From the NCBI GenBank assembly GCA_964511965.1, contig CAZEGF010000023.1:108887-164724 (forward strand): 55,838 nucleotides of DNA. Reading direction: 5' to 3'. This document shows, one piece after another, positions 54,767 to 55,838 of the stretch; within the stretch, counting starts at the first letter, position 1, and every line of letters begins with the position of its first letter. The translations under genes and the position numbers were made by a program. A model generated the notes under the pieces. It was not told the origin of the DNA. It did not search any database and saw nothing but the letters and a program-made list of their open reading frames with translations. The DNA is from an uncultured Gammaproteobacteria bacterium (GTDB lineage: Bacteria > Patescibacteriota > Microgenomatia > Levybacterales > GWA1-39-11).

Positions 54767-55588
54767 ATGAAAACTAAAGGTCCACAGGTTATCTCCTTAA
54801 TTATTCCTGCTTACAAACAAGAAAAAACAATTTTCAGAGATATTACAAATTTAAAAAAAAGCTTGGATGATCTAAAGCAACCATACGAAATAATTGTAGT
54901 TATCGATGGAGATTTGGATAAAACTTTTCTGCAGTTAAAAAAGATTAAGACACGAAAATTGAAAATATATAAATTCGACAGGAACCAAGGGAAAGGTTCA
55001 GCAATTAAATTTGGTGTACAAAATGCTAAAGGAGACATAATAGGATTTATAGATGCCGGTATGGATATTGACCCAACTGGAATAGCAATGCTAATAAACC
55101 ATATGCTTTGGTACAATGCGGATATTATTGTGGGCTCTAAATTACATCCGGTTTCTCAAGTAAATTATCCTACAGAACGAAAAATTCTTTCATGGGGTTA
55201 TAGAACGTTTACGCGTATTTTGTTTGGATTTAAAGTTAGAGATACGCAAGTCGGTATAAAATTTTATAGAAGAAGAGTAGCACGTGATGTGTTTCCAAGA
55301 TTATTAGCTAAAAAATTTGCTTTCGATGTTGAGATTTTAGCATTATCTTACGCATTAGGTTATACTCGGATTTATGAAGCACCGATAAAGCTTAAATTCC
55401 GTGGTGTTAATTCAATAACCTCTAAAAATCTTTGGAAAATAATTTTTCTCATGCTTTGGGATACCGCAGCAATATTTTATCGTGTTAGAATAATTAAGTT
55501 TTATAAAAGAAGTAATAGAAAAAATTGGAGTAACACTGTTGCATCATTGAGAAAAAAAAGGAAAAAGAGTAAAAAAATTAATAAATGA
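54767..55588 (+). CDS. GT2 glycosyltransferase (DPM1/GtrB-like) with a basic C-terminal tail
   Basis: 'ISLIIPAYKQE', 'EIIVVIDGD', 'NQGKGSAIKFG', 'FIDAGMDIDP', 'DTQVGIKF'. Lys/Arg-rich C-terminus. Confidence 0.8.
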   Translation: MKTKGPQVISLIIPAYKQEKTIFRDITNLKKSLDDLKQPYEIIVVIDGDLDKTFLQLKKIKTRKLKIYKFDRNQGKGSAIKFGVQNAKGDIIGFIDAGMDIDPTGIAMLINHMLWYNADIIVGSKLHPVSQVNYPTERKILSWGYRTFTRILFGFKVRDTQVGIKFYRRRVARDVFPRLLAKKFAFDVEILALSYALGYTRIYEAPIKLKFRGVNSITSKNLWKIIFLMLWDTAAIFYRVRIIKFYKRSNRKNWSNTVASLRKKRKKSKKINK

Positions 55589-55838
55589 ATATATTAGTTT
55601 TGAATTGGAGGGATCCAAAACATCCATTAGCGGGTGGTGCTGAAATATCATTACTTCATCACGTACGATATTGGCAGAAAAAGGGTCACACAATTACCTG
55701 GTTTGCTTCAGGGTACCCAAACGCTAAAAAAAAGGAAGTATTTGAAGGAATAAATATTATTAGAGCTGGGAGTCATTATACTGTATCTTTACACTTTTTT
55801 TATAATTGGATACGATCAAAATTTAGAGATTCTGACAT
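55585..55838 (+). CDS. GT4 (group 1) glycosyltransferase, N-terminal part, 3'-truncated by the window edge (not in the supplied ORF track)
   Basis: The ATG at 55585 forms an ATGA overlap with the upstream stop. The frame is open to the window end and translates to 'MNILVLNWRDPKHPLAGGAEISLLHHVRYWQKKGHTITWF..', a typical GT4 N-terminal domain. Confidence 0.7.
   Translation, partial: MNILVLNWRDPKHPLAGGAEISLLHHVRYWQKKGHTITWFASGYPNAKKKEVFEGINIIRAGSHYTVSLHFFYNWIRSKFRDSD

Noticed and set aside
1-55838. Alternative genetic code (UGA as a sense codon, as in Gracilibacteria/Absconditabacteria) given the CPR-like gene content
   Set aside because: TGA terminates many full-length, family-typical proteins here (for example ppsA at 5116-5118). 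It also forms the ATGA junctions between consecutive complete genes. The standard code fits.
10273-55838. The paralog array as a recent tandem amplification, an assembly collapse or expansion artefact, or a mobile genomic island
   Set aside because: Paralogs share only short protein motif blocks, and I saw no long DNA-level repeats between copies. No transposase, integrase, phage gene or flanking direct repeats were seen. The tRNA-Glu near the boundary is not accompanied by an integrase or a duplicated tRNA 3' fragment.
1-55838. CRISPR arrays, rRNA genes, toxin-antitoxin pairs or restriction/defence systems
   Set aside because: No regularly spaced direct repeats, no rRNA-like conserved stretches, and no small gene pairs or nuclease/methylase motifs were seen. 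The only structured repeats are the short elements reported above.

Overview
AT-rich (about one-third G+C by eye), very gene-dense bacterial sequence that uses the standard genetic code: TGA ends many full-length genes, and ATGA start/stop overlaps are common. The gene content and style suggest a small-genome Patescibacteria/CPR-type organism, possibly Microgenomates-like, but that placement is inference only.

The first ~10 kb is ordinary housekeeping and accessory content. It holds the 3' part of a GT39-like membrane glycosyltransferase, a Crp/Fnr-family regulator, PEP synthase (ppsA), a bPH-domain membrane protein, an SLT lytic transglycosylase, an MFS transporter, a cupin, tRNA-Glu(CUC) and a few small hypothetical genes.

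From 10273 to the window end (over 45 kb) there is one almost uninterrupted glycosylation mega-cluster of 36 genes, 35 of them on the + strand. It contains:
- 18 large polytopic membrane proteins, together about 30 kb of coding sequence. By motif, 5 are GT39/PMT_2-like (a 6th is truncated at the window start), 1 is ArnT-like, 4 are PTPS_related/COG5617-type, 3 are YfhO-type, 1 to 2 are DUF2029/GT87-like, and the rest are unclassified.
- 9 GT2 enzymes in three subtypes.
- 3 GT4 enzymes.
- 2 Wzx/MOP-type flippases.
- 2 SDR sugar epimerases, including a GalE-like one.
- One four-helix-bundle (23S-rRNA-IVS-type) gene and one antisense small membrane gene.

No priming phosphoglycosyltransferase, Wzy polymerase, Wzz, transposase, integrase or CRISPR array was seen.

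A second sequence-level signal is a recurrent TGnTAnAAT-type extended -10 box placed exactly 6 nt upstream of ATG start codons. There are 11 clean cases, including some in tiny gaps inside the cluster. This predicts leaderless mRNAs and splits the cluster into several transcription units. All functional calls come from motif recognition by eye; no searches were run.
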